DNA from: Myxococcales bacterium
GTDB lineage: Bacteria; Myxococcota_A; Polyangia; Polyangiales; DASUME01
DNA length: 64,000 bases
Direction of reading: 5' to 3'
NCBI GenBank assembly: GCA_044507075.1
Contig: JBIQKA010000014.1
Coordinates: forward strand, 4,388 to 68,387
Part shown: piece by piece, positions 45,730 to 53,962 of the stretch
Layout: each line of letters starts with the position of its first letter
How positions within the stretch are numbered: position 1 is the stretch's first letter
Translations under genes and position numbers: made by a program
The notes under the pieces: model-generated
What the model was told of the DNA's origin: nothing
Database searches by the model: none
The model's input: the letters and a program-made list of their open reading frames with translations, nothing else

Positions 45730-48279
45730 TCATCCCCCGCAGATCGCCCCGCCGCTCATGCCGAAGCCGAGGCTGTCGCACAGGCCAGGGGCGCCGGTGT
45801 CGATCCCCGCGGTATCGAGTGCACCCATCAACATGCCGTAGCCGCCGTAGGGCGAGAGCGCGCCGCCGAGCGCGTCGTCGAGGATGCCGCAGCCCATCTC
45901 CGCCGCGGGGTTCGTGAAGTCGCCGGCATCGAAGCCGCCGCCCTCGCCCGAGATCACGAGCGTGGCGATGGTCACCATGCGCACCTCCCACTTGGCGAGC
46001 GCCACCCAGCCCCCGACCGAAGCTCCTGCGAGCCCCCCAACCAGGCCCAGGCCGCTGATCATGCGGTTGGCGGCGTCGAACGCCTCGCACGTCTCCGCGG
46101 CACCGCCGCTCCCGTCGGCCAGGATGCCGATCACGGTGCCGGTGGTCTCGTCGATCGCCCAGAACGGCCCGGGCGCGACGGGCACCAGCAGCTGGTACGA
46201 TTGGTTGAAGGGCTGCTCGAGCGCGGCCCACTGCAGGCGCTGATCGGCGGTGAGGTCAGGCTGCGCGCGGGCCCCCCCCGGGTTCACCAGCGTGAGCGGC
46301 GCGCCATCCAGCGCCTCGAGCGTGCTCTCGCCGGTCATCAGCTCCGCTTCCATCACGGCCAGGCTCGCCGTGGAGCGCAAGGTGCGCACGAAGGCGTCGC
46401 GGGGATCGGCGCTCGCCGTCGCGAAGCGCGCGAGCGGGAACAGATCGAGCTCACGGCGGAACGGGGCGCCCAGGCGCGCGCGCTGCACCAGCGTGGCCAC
46501 GCGCAGACCGTCCTCGAACGTGAGCGCCGTGGTCGGATCGCCCTGAAACAGCGGCGGCTGGGCCAAGGGCAGTTTGCCGGGGGTGACGCTGAAGCCCTTG
46601 GCGAGCTCGGCGATCACGCTGTCCGAGTCCTGGCTCTCCACGGCCTCCCATAGCGGCTCGAGCGAGAGCTTGTCGGCGATCCAGTCGTCGAGCAGCATGC
46701 TGGGTGAGGGCGGCGCCGCCTCCACGGCGATCGAGATCCGACCGAGCAACACCGCGCGCACATCTTCCAGCATGTCGCGGGTCACCTCGAGGTCCGCGGT
46801 GGTGGAGCCGCGGTCCTCGGCCAACTGCACCGCGTTCGCCTCGCGGAACTCTGCGGGCACGCTGGTGGACACATCGAACAGGAGCACCACCCTCGGAGGG
46901 GGCGCCTGGTTCTGGACCACCTGAAACGACACCGGCTCTCCGCCCTCGGTGATCGTGAAGGCGTCGGAGGAGAGCGCAGGCACGGAGGAGCCGCCGCTGT
47001 CCACGGCGCTCACGCGCAGGGTGACGTGGGGAAAGGCCGAGGCTTGCGCGCTGGCCGAGATCCGATCCACGCGCGCGACCTGGGTCGGATCGGTCATGGT
47101 CGGGGCCAGCGGGTGACCGTTGACGCTCAGCACGCCCGAGGCTTCGTCCACGGTGTAGTGGTCGCCCTGCACGGTGACCACGTCCCCGCTGATCGCGAGC
47201 GCGTCGCGCTCCTCCTGGGTCATGTCCGGCCCAGCCACGGCGAGCAGCGGCACGAACGAGGTCACGTCCTCGGCGCGCATGCGCAAGAGGGACTCGGTCC
47301 GAACCGGCGGGACGAAGGAGAGGTGGATCTTGCGGCCCACGACCTCTTCGCTCTCGTAGGTGCGCTCCAGCAACGTAAAGCGCTCGAAGGGCGCGTCGGC
47401 GCGCGCAGCCTGCAAGCGCACATACACGTTGGCGGCGGCGTAGGGCCCCGAGGTCGGCGTGGTGCCACCAGTGACGCACCCAGTGCCAAATGGCGCGCTC
47501 TTCGCGAGCGGGTTGGCGAGCACCCACTCTCCTTCCAACTTGACGCGCACGAGGGGGATGTCCTTAAGCGTGAAGTCGAAGGGGGAGGAGAGCTCCGCGG
47601 GCAGCTTGTCGAGCAAGCGCTGTGAGAGCGCCTCCGCGCGCGCGCCCGTCGGATCGATGAGCGTGCGGGGCGCCGGGGGCTTTCCTCCGAGCGCCCTGCG
47701 CCAGCGCGTGTTCTGCGCTTCGCTGAAGGAAATCGGCTCCGGCGCGGGACGCGCGCCGAGCAACATGGTTTCGCCTGTGAGGCAGTCAGGGTCGGCCGCG
47801 CCGCGCACGACCTCCGCCTCGAAGCCCGCGCGCCGGTAGAGCGACACGAGCAGCTCCGCCTTCTCCCGCGGTGTGCCCGCGCCGCCGCGCAGGGTGCCCC
47901 GCAATCCCCAGCGCTGACGATTCAAGACGCCGTCGAAGCCGGATGTGCTGGGCGGATAGGTCGCGATCTGGTCGCGCACGAACAGGTAGAGCTGCTCGGG
48001 ATCGCCCTGCTTCACCAGGGCCTCCGCGCGCGCCACGCGATGATCGGGCTGCATGCGCAACGCCGATTGCACTTCGCGCCAGGCGTCGAAGGGGCTCAGG
48101 ACCTCGGCATCGGGCGCGCCCGCATCAGCGAGTGGTTCACTCGCGGCATCTTCTCCTGCATCGCTGACCACGCCCCCATCCCCATCCTCCGAGGCGCGCC
48201 GCTCGTTTCCACAACCGCTCCCCAGGATCGCGTACATGCTCAGAACTACGAAGAAAGCGCGCAACGCGTCGACCGACAT
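45730..48279 (-). CDS. large (849 aa) lipoprotein, unknown function
   Basis: ATG at 48279 is preceded by GGAGG. Lipobox MYAILGSGCG. Weak transglutaminase-like stretch (REKAELLVSLYRRAGFEAEVVRG, no Cys). VWA/MIDAS-like VVLLFDVSTSV. Gly-rich C-terminus ending GGAICGG. Confidence 0.6.
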   Translation of the reverse strand: MSVDALRAFFVVLSMYAILGSGCGNERRASEDGDGGVVSDAGEDAASEPLADAGAPDAEVLSPFDAWREVQSALRMQPDHRVARAEALVKQGDPEQLYLFVRDQIATYPPSTSGFDGVLNRQRWGLRGTLRGGAGTPREKAELLVSLYRRAGFEAEVVRGAADPDCLTGETMLLGARPAPEPISFSEAQNTRWRRALGGKPPAPRTLIDPTGARAEALSQRLLDKLPAELSSPFDFTLKDIPLVRVKLEGEWVLANPLAKSAPFGTGCVTGGTTPTSGPYAAANVYVRLQAARADAPFERFTLLERTYESEEVVGRKIHLSFVPPVRTESLLRMRAEDVTSFVPLLAVAGPDMTQEERDALAISGDVVTVQGDHYTVDEASGVLSVNGHPLAPTMTDPTQVARVDRISASAQASAFPHVTLRVSAVDSGGSSVPALSSDAFTITEGGEPVSFQVVQNQAPPPRVVLLFDVSTSVPAEFREANAVQLAEDRGSTTADLEVTRDMLEDVRAVLLGRISIAVEAAPPSPSMLLDDWIADKLSLEPLWEAVESQDSDSVIAELAKGFSVTPGKLPLAQPPLFQGDPTTALTFEDGLRVATLVQRARLGAPFRRELDLFPLARFATASADPRDAFVRTLRSTASLAVMEAELMTGESTLEALDGAPLTLVNPGGARAQPDLTADQRLQWAALEQPFNQSYQLLVPVAPGPFWAIDETTGTVIGILADGSGGAAETCEAFDAANRMISGLGLVGGLAGASVGGWVALAKWEVRMVTIATLVISGEGGGFDAGDFTNPAAEMGCGILDDALGGALSPYGGYGMLMGALDTAGIDTGAPGLCDSLGFGMSGGAICGG

Positions 48280-48551
48280 CTGGGATACCTCCAAGAACTG
48301 CCCAAACCTCGCAGACTCCTTCGCGCCCATCAAGCTCGGTGGTGCAGGGCACAGAAGGCCTCGTCCTCGCCCTCCTCTGGGCGCCCGGGCGCTCGAAGGC
48401 GGGGCACGTCGCCTCCCGAACATCTCGCCGACATCTTACGGACACGCACCATCCGCGCGTTCCTCGCGAGGGGCGATCCGCCGCGCGATCGACCCACCAC
48501 GTCCCTGGGACCACGCTCCGCTAAGCCGCGAGGACTTCACGGTTTTTCCTT

Positions 48552-48578
48552 GTCTTACGATTTTTCGAATCGTATGAA
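48552..48578. promoter_or_regulatory. candidate NikR operator (autoregulatory) directly upstream of nikR
   Basis: GTCTTAC-N13-GTATGAA. The larger dyad is TCTTACGATT-tttcg-AATCGTATGA (10-bp arms, 1 mismatch). It ends 9 nt before the nikR ATG. Confidence 0.6.
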
Positions 48579-48586
48579 GCCGCTCC

Positions 48587-48997
48587 ATGAGCGACCTCGA
48601 GCGCGTCAGCGTGACGATCGAGCGGGAGCTGCTGGAGCGCTTCGACCGCTCGATCGAGCAATCGCAGCATCAGAATCGCTCGGAGGCAGTGCGCGATCTG
48701 ATCCGCAGCCGCCTGATCGAAGAAGAGGTGGAGAAGAGCTCAGGCCACCTGATGGGCACGGTGACGCTCGTCTACGACCACACGCAACGCGAGCTCGCCG
48801 ATCGGCTACTCGCCGCGGGCCATCACCACGAACACGTCACGCTCAGCACGCTCCACGTGCACATAGACAGCGTGCATTGCCTCGAGGTCACCGTGCTGCG
48901 GGGCGAGGCGCGAGAGCTCAAACGAGTGGCTGCGCATCTGCTCGGCATGAAGGGAGTCAAGCATGGCAAGCTGGTCCTCACGTCGCTCACGCCGTGA
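48587..48997 (+). CDS. nikR: nickel-responsive transcriptional regulator NikR
   Basis: RHH N-terminus RVSVTIERELLERFD...NRSEAVRDLIR. The C-terminal Ni site HHHEH...LHVHIDSVHC has the HxH-x5-C spacing of E. coli NikR H87/H89/C95. Confidence 0.9.
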   Translation: MSDLERVSVTIERELLERFDRSIEQSQHQNRSEAVRDLIRSRLIEEEVEKSSGHLMGTVTLVYDHTQRELADRLLAAGHHHEHVTLSTLHVHIDSVHCLEVTVLRGEARELKRVAAHLLGMKGVKHGKLVLTSLTP

Positions 48998-49790
48998 GCT
49001 CGAGAGGCTCGCAGGCTTGGCGTGGCTCACGTGCGCCATCTCCTGCGCGGACGCCGAGGAAGCCCGGCGCGTGGAGCTCCCCGTGGTGGTGGACGGCTCG
49101 TGCATGGAGCCGGTGGCCACGAACCTCGGCTATACGGTGCAGGTTCAAGAGGCGCAGCTCGCCGTGAGCGATCTGCAGTTCAGCATCGCGGGCGAGGTGC
49201 ACACCTCCTCGCGCGCGCCTCTCCGCGCGCTGTTTCTCTCCACCGCGCGCGCCCATCCCGGGCACTATACGGGCGGCGAAGTCACGGGCGAGCTCCTCGG
49301 CCGCTTCGTGCTCGACTGGACTTTCGGCCATGGCATCGAGCTCGGCAGGGCCACGCTGCTCGAGGGGCGCTACGACAGCGCCAACATGACGCTCGAGCGT
49401 GCGCAAGCGAGCGACCTGGCCGCCGATAGCCCGTTGCTCGGCCACAGCGCGTGGATCCGCGGGACGGCTGCCAGGGACGGCGCACAGATCCCGTTCGTGG
49501 CCTTGCTAGATGCCCCGCGCGGGCGGCAGATCGTGGGCTTTCCCTTCGATCTCCAGGTGAGCGCCGACACCGACGTCCGGTTGGGCCTGAAGCTATGCAC
49601 CGTCGACCCGCTCGAGCAGGACACCCTCTTCGACGACATCGACTTCGCGACGCTGACCCTGGAGAGCTCCGGGAGCTTCGTTGGGCAAGTCGTGCTCGAG
49701 GAGGCCAGCACGGCCCCGAACCTTTCGGCCTACCAGCGCCTCAAGCGCACGCTGCAGAGCCACGATCACTTCGTCGTTCATCCCCTTTGA
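48963..49790 (+). CDS. lipoprotein LP1, unknown family, His-rich C-terminus
   Basis: The ATG overlaps the nikR 3' end by 35 nt. Signal plus lipobox RRSRRELERLAGLAWLTCAISCA. Contains AHPGHYTGGE and ends QSHDHFVVHPL. Confidence 0.6.
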   Translation: MASWSSRRSRRELERLAGLAWLTCAISCADAEEARRVELPVVVDGSCMEPVATNLGYTVQVQEAQLAVSDLQFSIAGEVHTSSRAPLRALFLSTARAHPGHYTGGEVTGELLGRFVLDWTFGHGIELGRATLLEGRYDSANMTLERAQASDLAADSPLLGHSAWIRGTAARDGAQIPFVALLDAPRGRQIVGFPFDLQVSADTDVRLGLKLCTVDPLEQDTLFDDIDFATLTLESSGSFVGQVVLEEASTAPNLSAYQRLKRTLQSHDHFVVHPL

Positions 49791-49821
49791 AGCGCACGAC
49801 AAGACCAGGAGCACAAGGATC

Positions 49822-50550
49822 ATGAGCGCACCTCGACATGGATGGGTAGCCCTCGGCGTTCTCGCGATCGCCGCCTGCGGGAACGACACGCAGACGGGGG
49901 GCACGGGCACGCTGAAGGTCACGAGCTACGGCGAGGCCTTCATCGAAGAGGGGATCCCCGCCTCGGAGATGGCGGATGGCTGGTCCGTCGCGTTCAGCAA
50001 GTTCGAGGTCCGCATCACGGACGTGAGCGTGAACGGGCTCACGCTCGCGAATCCGCCGGCGGTCGACCTGGTGCAGCCCTCCGCGGGTCAAGGGCAGGAG
50101 CTCGGCAGCCTGGAGGTTCCGTCGGGAAGCTACAGCGACGCGCGCTTCGTCGTCCGCTCGGTTCACGTGGTGGGCAACGCCCAAAAGCACGACACGAAGA
50201 AGGACTTCGATTGGACCTTTTCGGCGCCCATCTCCTACCAGGCTTGCGAGACGACCAACGAGGTCCCCAGGAACGGGGTCGGCGTCTTTGAGATCACGAT
50301 TCACGCCGATCACTTGTTCTACGATAGTTTGGTCAGCGAGGACCCCGCGCTCGGCTTCGATGCGCTCGCCGCGGCCGACACGAACGGCGACGGGGTGGTC
50401 CATCAGGAGGAGCTCACCGCAGCAGACGTCGGCGGGTTCGATACCGGCAACGAGGACATCGCAAACCTCTGGGAGTGGCTGAGCGCGCTGGTGGCCACCC
50501 TCGGCCACGTGGACGGCGAAGGACACTGCCACGCCGAAGCCGCGATGTGA
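49822..50550 (+). CDS. lipoprotein LP2, unknown family, EF-hand-like loop and His/Cys C-terminus
   Basis: Lipobox GVLAIAACGN. Contains DTNGDGVVHQEEL and the C-terminal LGHVDGEGHCHAEAAM. The stop overlaps the receptor start. Confidence 0.65.
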   Translation: MSAPRHGWVALGVLAIAACGNDTQTGGTGTLKVTSYGEAFIEEGIPASEMADGWSVAFSKFEVRITDVSVNGLTLANPPAVDLVQPSAGQGQELGSLEVPSGSYSDARFVVRSVHVVGNAQKHDTKKDFDWTFSAPISYQACETTNEVPRNGVGVFEITIHADHLFYDSLVSEDPALGFDALAAADTNGDGVVHQEELTAADVGGFDTGNEDIANLWEWLSALVATLGHVDGEGHCHAEAAM

Positions 50551-52691
50551 GCGCATCCCGGCACGCGTCCTCGCGCGCGGGTAGGCGCCGCGCGCGCTTT
50601 CTCCCGGCGCTGCTCGGGCTCACGTTGCTCTCTGGGCGAGCCAGGGCGCACGAAGGGGATCCGCCCGCGGCTCCGGCGCGGGCGGAGGAGCGCCCCACGC
50701 CGCCGGCGAGCTTCGAGACCACGCGGCCCACCGCCTACGAAGCGCATGCCGTCGTCACCCGCCAGCGCGCAAAGCCCGCCTCGAGCGCGCACGTGCACCA
50801 GGCCGACGTGGCCTCCGTGCCCATCCGAACCGCGGAGGACGCGCTACGCCTGGTGCCGGGGTTGGTCCTCGTCCAGCACGGCAGCGAAGGCAAGGGGCAA
50901 CAGTACTTCTTGCGTGGCTTCGACGCGGTGCACGGGGCGGACATCGAGCTCACGGTGGAGGACATCCCGATCAACGAGTGGTCGAACATCCACGCCCAGG
51001 GTTACTTGGACGTGGGGTTCGTGATCCCCGAGCTCATCCAAACGCTCGAGGTCGTGAAGGGCCCCTTTTCGCTCGAGCAAGGCGCCTTCGCGATGGCCGG
51101 CAGCGCGCGCTACTGGCTCGGCATCTCCCCCGCCGAGCGCGGCGCGCGGGCCAGCTACACGGTGGGCACCACGGGGCGGCAACGCGTCTTGTTGACCTAC
51201 GCTCCGAAGGACGGTGACGGCAGCGAGTTCGTGGCGGCCGAGGTCGTGAACGACCCATCGTTCGGCCAAAACCGTGAGGCGCGCCGCGCGAACGTGATGG
51301 GGCGGGTGAACCTGATGAACTCCGAGAAGCGGGGCCGTCTTTCGCTCCTGCTCTCCGGTTACGCCGCCAACTTCGGGCTGCCCGGCACGCTGCGCATCGC
51401 CGACGTCGCGCGCGGACGCATGGACTTTTACGACGCCTACTTCCTCGACGGCACCGGCTCCTCGCTGCGCACGCTCGGCGCGCTCCACTACCACCGCGAG
51501 GACGCCCGGACCCGGATCAAAGGGGTGCTCTACGGAGGACTGCGCAGGCTCTCCCTGTTCGACAACTTCACCGGCGACCTCGTCGATCCCGTGCACGGGG
51601 ACTACCGTGATCAGCGCCAGCGCGCCCAGAGCTTCGGAACCCACCTGTTCGTGGACCACGCGCTTGGGCCCGAACTCGGCCTGCTCGCGGGCGCGGGCCT
51701 CACGGGCGACAGGCTGGATCAAAAGGAGCTACGCACCGACGAAGAGGGTGAGCTCGTGGCGCTGCGGCGCGGCCTCGAGGGCGTGCAGCTGCTCGCCTTC
51801 GCGCAGCTTGGGCTGCGTTACCAGCCGACCCGCCTGGTCACCCTGGAAGCAGGCGCGCGCGGCGACCTGGCTCACGCCAATGTGCGCGACGTGCTGCACA
51901 CCCAACGACGCCAGCAGGGAACCGAGGTCGCCTGGTCACCGCGCGCGATGGCCACCGTGCGCGCGCACCCGTTCGTGAAGTTGATGGCCTCCTATGGTCG
52001 CGGCATGCGTCCTCCGGAGGCACGCGCGCTCACCCGCTTCCGGCCGGCCATGCTCGGGATCTCCGAAGAGGACGCCGGCACGGCGCGCTCGCGTTTCACG
52101 CAGTCCCACACCATGGAGCTCGGCGCCAGGGTGCGCGCCGATGCGCGCCTCTCCGGGAGCGCTGCGGGCTTCGCCACGCTGATCGAGCGGGAGTCTCTGT
52201 TCGATCACGTCTCGGGCACGAACTTGGAGCTCAATGGCACCCGCCGCGTGGGCGCCGAGGCGTTGGTCACGGGCCAACCCTGGCCCTTCTTGACCCTCAG
52301 CGGCGATATCACCGGCGTCGACGCACGCTTTCGCGCCTCGGGGAACCGCGTTCCGTTCGCCCCTTGGCTCACGGGCGGCCTTCGTGCCGTGCTGACGCAT
52401 CCATCCGGCACCCGCGCAGGCCTGCGCTTCGTCGCGGTGGCCCCGCGGCCCCTCCCCCACGGCGCACGTGGAGAGCCGCTCTTTTTGCTCGACGCCACGG
52501 CCGGCTACCGCTTTCGCTGGCTCGACGTGTGCCTCGCCCTCGAGAATCTGCTCTTTCGCCAGCTACGCGAGGGCGAGTACCACTTCGCGAGTCACTGGTT
52601 TAGGGACGAGCCGCGGAGCGCCATCCCCACCACGCAGGTCATCGCAGGCCCCCCTTTCAACGCGCGCCTCACGCTCTCGGTGTTTCTGTAG
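50547..52691 (+). CDS. TonB-dependent outer-membrane receptor
   Basis: The GTG overlaps the LP2 stop. Signal ...LLSGRARA. Plug domain IRTAEDALRLVPGLVLVQHGSEGKGQQYFLRGFD...EVVKGPFS. Long beta-barrel region. The last residue is Leu, not Phe. Confidence 0.85.
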   Translation: MSASRHASSRAGRRRARFLPALLGLTLLSGRARAHEGDPPAAPARAEERPTPPASFETTRPTAYEAHAVVTRQRAKPASSAHVHQADVASVPIRTAEDALRLVPGLVLVQHGSEGKGQQYFLRGFDAVHGADIELTVEDIPINEWSNIHAQGYLDVGFVIPELIQTLEVVKGPFSLEQGAFAMAGSARYWLGISPAERGARASYTVGTTGRQRVLLTYAPKDGDGSEFVAAEVVNDPSFGQNREARRANVMGRVNLMNSEKRGRLSLLLSGYAANFGLPGTLRIADVARGRMDFYDAYFLDGTGSSLRTLGALHYHREDARTRIKGVLYGGLRRLSLFDNFTGDLVDPVHGDYRDQRQRAQSFGTHLFVDHALGPELGLLAGAGLTGDRLDQKELRTDEEGELVALRRGLEGVQLLAFAQLGLRYQPTRLVTLEAGARGDLAHANVRDVLHTQRRQQGTEVAWSPRAMATVRAHPFVKLMASYGRGMRPPEARALTRFRPAMLGISEEDAGTARSRFTQSHTMELGARVRADARLSGSAAGFATLIERESLFDHVSGTNLELNGTRRVGAEALVTGQPWPFLTLSGDITGVDARFRASGNRVPFAPWLTGGLRAVLTHPSGTRAGLRFVAVAPRPLPHGARGEPLFLLDATAGYRFRWLDVCLALENLLFRQLREGEYHFASHWFRDEPRSAIPTTQVIAGPPFNARLTLSVFL

Positions 52692-53511
52692 CCGGTGGCG
52701 CAGCGCTCGGCGTCGGGCGCACCACGCGGCTAGACACCGCGAACACGACGAACAACACCATCACCACCGCGAGACCGAACCCGAGCTCTCGGCCTTCCGT
52801 CCAGCCCTCCGCAGCCGGCCACAGGTACCTGGCGGCCCCCAACATCGCCACCAACAAAGACAGCGCGCCGACCGCCCCGCTCATCCAGCGCGAGGCGATG
52901 CGCGCCCGCTCGTCGGCCCGCTTGAGAAGGCTCGCGATCCAGAGCCCGTTTACCGAGTCGATCAGCACCATCCCGAGCGCGAAAGCGAGCGCGAGACCGA
53001 GCGCCCCGCCGCCGCCGCCCACGCGGCTGGCGCTCAGCGCGAACAGGGAGGCCAGGCTCATCGTGTCGAAGGAGAGCGCAAAAAGCGCCCCAAGGAGCGC
53101 GGGGGCGCCCGGGTGGCAGCTATGGGTCACGCGCTGGAACCAACCGGCACGGAGCCCCACCATGGGCACGCCCTCGCCGCGCGGGGTTTCCCAGACCGCA
53201 CGCAGATTCAAGATGCCGAGCGCCGAAAGCGCAGCCATCGAGATCGCCACACCCAGATCTTCGAACCAGCTCGGCACGAGAAAGGAGCTCGAGAGCGCCC
53301 CGGCCAGGATGGCGACCAGGCTCACCACCGCACCGTGACCGGCCGAGAACAGGAGCCCGCACCAGCGCGCGCTGCTTGGACGATGTCCGATCGTGCGAAC
53401 ACGGGTCAACCCATCGATGGCGACGAGGTGATCGGCGTCGAGTCCGTGTTTGACTCCCATCACGAACGCGAGCGCAAGCAACGCAAGCCAGTCGTTCATT
53501 CCGTTGGTCAT
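52669..53511 (-). CDS. NiCoT family high-affinity nickel/cobalt permease (HoxN/NixA/UreH type)
   Basis: TM2 signature KHGLDADHLVAIDG (HxxxxDH). Also LFSAGHG, LSFDTMS and GMVLIDSVNG blocks. The 3' end overlaps the receptor 3' end by 23 nt. Confidence 0.85.
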   Translation of the reverse strand: MTNGMNDWLALLALAFVMGVKHGLDADHLVAIDGLTRVRTIGHRPSSARWCGLLFSAGHGAVVSLVAILAGALSSSFLVPSWFEDLGVAISMAALSALGILNLRAVWETPRGEGVPMVGLRAGWFQRVTHSCHPGAPALLGALFALSFDTMSLASLFALSASRVGGGGGALGLALAFALGMVLIDSVNGLWIASLLKRADERARIASRWMSGAVGALSLLVAMLGAARYLWPAAEGWTEGRELGFGLAVVMVLFVVFAVSSRVVRPTPSAAPPATETPRA

Positions 53512-53590
53512 GCATCCCTCGATGAACTCCGGGCCCTGGGCGCGAGGACGCTCCCCGCCGCGCGCCTCTTCGCTCGACTCTCCCTCCGTC

Positions 53591-53617
53591 GTCTTACGGT
53601 TTCCACGTTCATCTTAC
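53591..53617. promoter_or_regulatory. direct repeat of the nikR-operator half-site upstream of the NiCoT gene
   Basis: GTCTTAC-N13-ATCTTAC. It has the same 7-mer and the same 13-nt spacing as the nikR site, but in direct orientation. It lies 80-106 nt upstream of the permease start. Confidence 0.4.
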
Positions 53618-53962
53618 CGGTCGCGCCTTTCGTGCGGCCCGCGCGTGCGTCATGTTCCCTCCTCTTTGCATCACCAGCGCGCGCGTAAATCCGCATCGAT
53701 CGCGGAAAGCCCGTAGACCATCCACCCCACAGGTCGGACGGTCAGAATGCATTTGCGACACCTACCGCTCCCGAAGCGTGCGCTCGTTCTCCTCCGCGCG
53801 CCCGAACACGAAGCGCGACGCACGTCTCTTCTTTTCGCTCTTTGCTGATGCCTGCGCTCAGACGCCGTAGTACGGTCTGTGGGTCGCCGCGCTCATGGAA
53901 GCGCGCAGCGACGAGAGCCCTCGCCTGAGCGCGCCCACGGGCGCGAGCACAGGAGGTTGTCC

